Source: Clostridiales bacterium (lineage in GTDB: Bacteria; Bacillota; Clostridia; Lachnospirales; Lachnospiraceae). From it: a stretch of 27,271 bases of DNA. The translations under genes and the position numbers were made by a program. The number at the start of each line of letters is the position of its first letter. Within the stretch, counting starts at the first letter, position 1. The DNA lies in assembly GCA_963589455.1 (NCBI GenBank), contig CAVALT010000002.1, positions 1 to 27,271 of the forward strand. Direction: 5' to 3'. The notes beneath the pieces are model-generated. The model saw nothing but the letters and a program-made list of their open reading frames with translations, was not told the origin of the DNA and searched no databases. This document shows positions 25,842-27,271 of the stretch, one piece after another.

Positions 25842-26921
25842 ATGGCTGATATAAACAATCCTCAGGAATTTCTAAAGGAAGCACTGCAGCTTACAGACAG
25901 CCTGAGCGCAGACCGAACAGAGGCTGAGCAGGCAGCAGAGCAGGCGCAGAGTCTTGAGAATGCGCTTAATACTCTGCGGGATAATCTGGCCCGCGAGAAG
26001 GAACGCACCGTAAAGGCACGCAGAGCCGATGTTGAGTCTGAATTTAATAAGAAGATAAAGGCCAAGGCAGCAGAGCTTGATAAGACTGAGACAAAACGCA
26101 GCAAGGCCAGGGAAAAGGGCGTCAACAGCAGAGTTGCAGATCAGACAGCCGGACTGAAGGGCGAGATAAGAAACTCAAGGAACAGTCTGTCGGATTACTG
26201 CACACAGAACAAGCTGCCGGGAGTATGCAGAACAGGACTTTTCTACAGCCTGTATTACCCGTCCTCTGCAGGAGACTGGATAAGGCTCATTATAATCGCC
26301 GCAGCCATGCTTGCAGCACTGATAGGGGCCTTTATGTACCAGAGCATTCCGGTATTTATTATAGTTCTTGCAGCAGTGGCACTCCTTCTGGTGCTGTATG
26401 CATTTATCGGGAGCAGAACCAAAGGCAGATATCATGAGCAGCTTAAGAACTGCAGGGCTATGATTGCTGACATCAGACGGAACAAGAAGGGTGTAAAGCG
26501 AGTTACCCGCACTATCCGCAGAGATAAAAGCGATGCTGCATATGATCTGTCAGAATTTGATGCAGAGCTTGCAAAGCTTAAGGCAGAGCAGTCAGAGCTT
26601 ACTGCACAGAAGACATCGGCCTTATACAGCTTTGATACGGTGACGGGGCAGCAGCTTGCAGCTGAGATAGATAATACCTATGCAGGGAAGCTTAAGTCTG
26701 CGGAAGAGGCCTTTCTTAAGGCAAAGCAGGAGCTTGACGCTGTAAGACAGCGCGTGTCGGAGACAGAGAACAGACTTAATACTGAGTTTGTTCAGTATCT
26801 GGGCAGCAAAAATATGAATCATGAGAAGATAGTCAGACTTACAGAGCTGATAAGCAGCGGGGAGTCCGCATCGATAAGCGATGCTGTAACCAGGCTTGAT
26901 GAAGAAAAAGACAAGAATTGA
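25842..26921 (+). CDS. Hypothetical coiled-coil protein with a central TM hairpin
   Basis: Long ORF with E/K/A-rich heptads flanking two hydrophobic helices; likely start ATG 25842 after AGGGGG (the ATG at 25773 lies inside a repeat). Confidence 0.75.
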   Translation: MADINNPQEFLKEALQLTDSLSADRTEAEQAAEQAQSLENALNTLRDNLAREKERTVKARRADVESEFNKKIKAKAAELDKTETKRSKAREKGVNSRVADQTAGLKGEIRNSRNSLSDYCTQNKLPGVCRTGLFYSLYYPSSAGDWIRLIIIAAAMLAALIGAFMYQSIPVFIIVLAAVALLLVLYAFIGSRTKGRYHEQLKNCRAMIADIRRNKKGVKRVTRTIRRDKSDAAYDLSEFDAELAKLKAEQSELTAQKTSALYSFDTVTGQQLAAEIDNTYAGKLKSAEEAFLKAKQELDAVRQRVSETENRLNTEFVQYLGSKNMNHEKIVRLTELISSGESASISDAVTRLDEEKDKN

Positions 26922-26935
26922 GAGGCATACAGATA

Positions 26936-27271
26936 ATGGAAAAATTAACTACAGTCAGTGAATTGTTTAAGAACAGCGAGAGCTACATTGATAAGGAGGT
27001 AGCTGTAGGCGGATGGATCCGCTCGGTCAGAGACTCCAAGACCTTTGGCTTTATAGTGCTTAATGACGGCAGCTGCTTCAATACTCTGCAGATCGTATAT
27101 CATGACACGATGTCTAACTTTGCCGAGATTTCAAAGCTTAATGTAGGCTCCTCAATCATAGTTCACGGCAAGCTTGTAGCAACTCCTGAGGCAAAGCAGC
27201 CCTTTGAGATACAGGCAGAGGAGGTGCTGATTGAGGGCAGCTCCACGCCGGATTATCCGCTGCAGAAGAAG
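26936..27271 (+). CDS. asnS: Asparagine--tRNA ligase, N-terminal part
   Basis: Hand translation MEKLTTVSELFKN..VGGWIRSVRDSKTFGFIVLNDGSCFNTLQIV..KQPFEIQA..DYPLQKK, an OB-fold anticodon-binding domain typical of AsnRS; runs off the window. Confidence 0.92.
   Translation, partial: MEKLTTVSELFKNSESYIDKEVAVGGWIRSVRDSKTFGFIVLNDGSCFNTLQIVYHDTMSNFAEISKLNVGSSIIVHGKLVATPEAKQPFEIQAEEVLIEGSSTPDYPLQKK

Overview
About 27 kb of mostly core chromosome from a low-GC anaerobic Firmicute; gene content and repeats suggest Lachnospiraceae (inference). Left to right: a partial BspA/LRR protein (minus strand, missed by the ORF track); tadA, a DUF2201-type vWA protein and a MoxR-like AAA+ ATPase; dnaX-ybaB-recR, a long TPR/degenerate-AAA protein and cvpA; a divergent adhE behind three Rex-like operators; a MATE transporter; a tRNA-Asn/tRNA-Glu unit; pyruvate:ferredoxin oxidoreductase; Re-citrate synthase plus a GntR regulator; an AzgA/NCS2 purine permease; a HIT protein; a coiled-coil membrane protein; and the start of asnS. 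I found no transposase, phage gene or CRISPR array. The most notable unexplained signals are (1) two dense families of highly structured palindromic intergenic repeats (MITE/REPIN-like) that share an architecture, two copies of which bracket the tRNA unit, and (2) an LRR / vWA-pseudopeptidase / MoxR module sitting between tadA and dnaX. I cannot claim a clearly new system from the sequence alone. All family assignments come from motifs recognised by eye, not from database searches.
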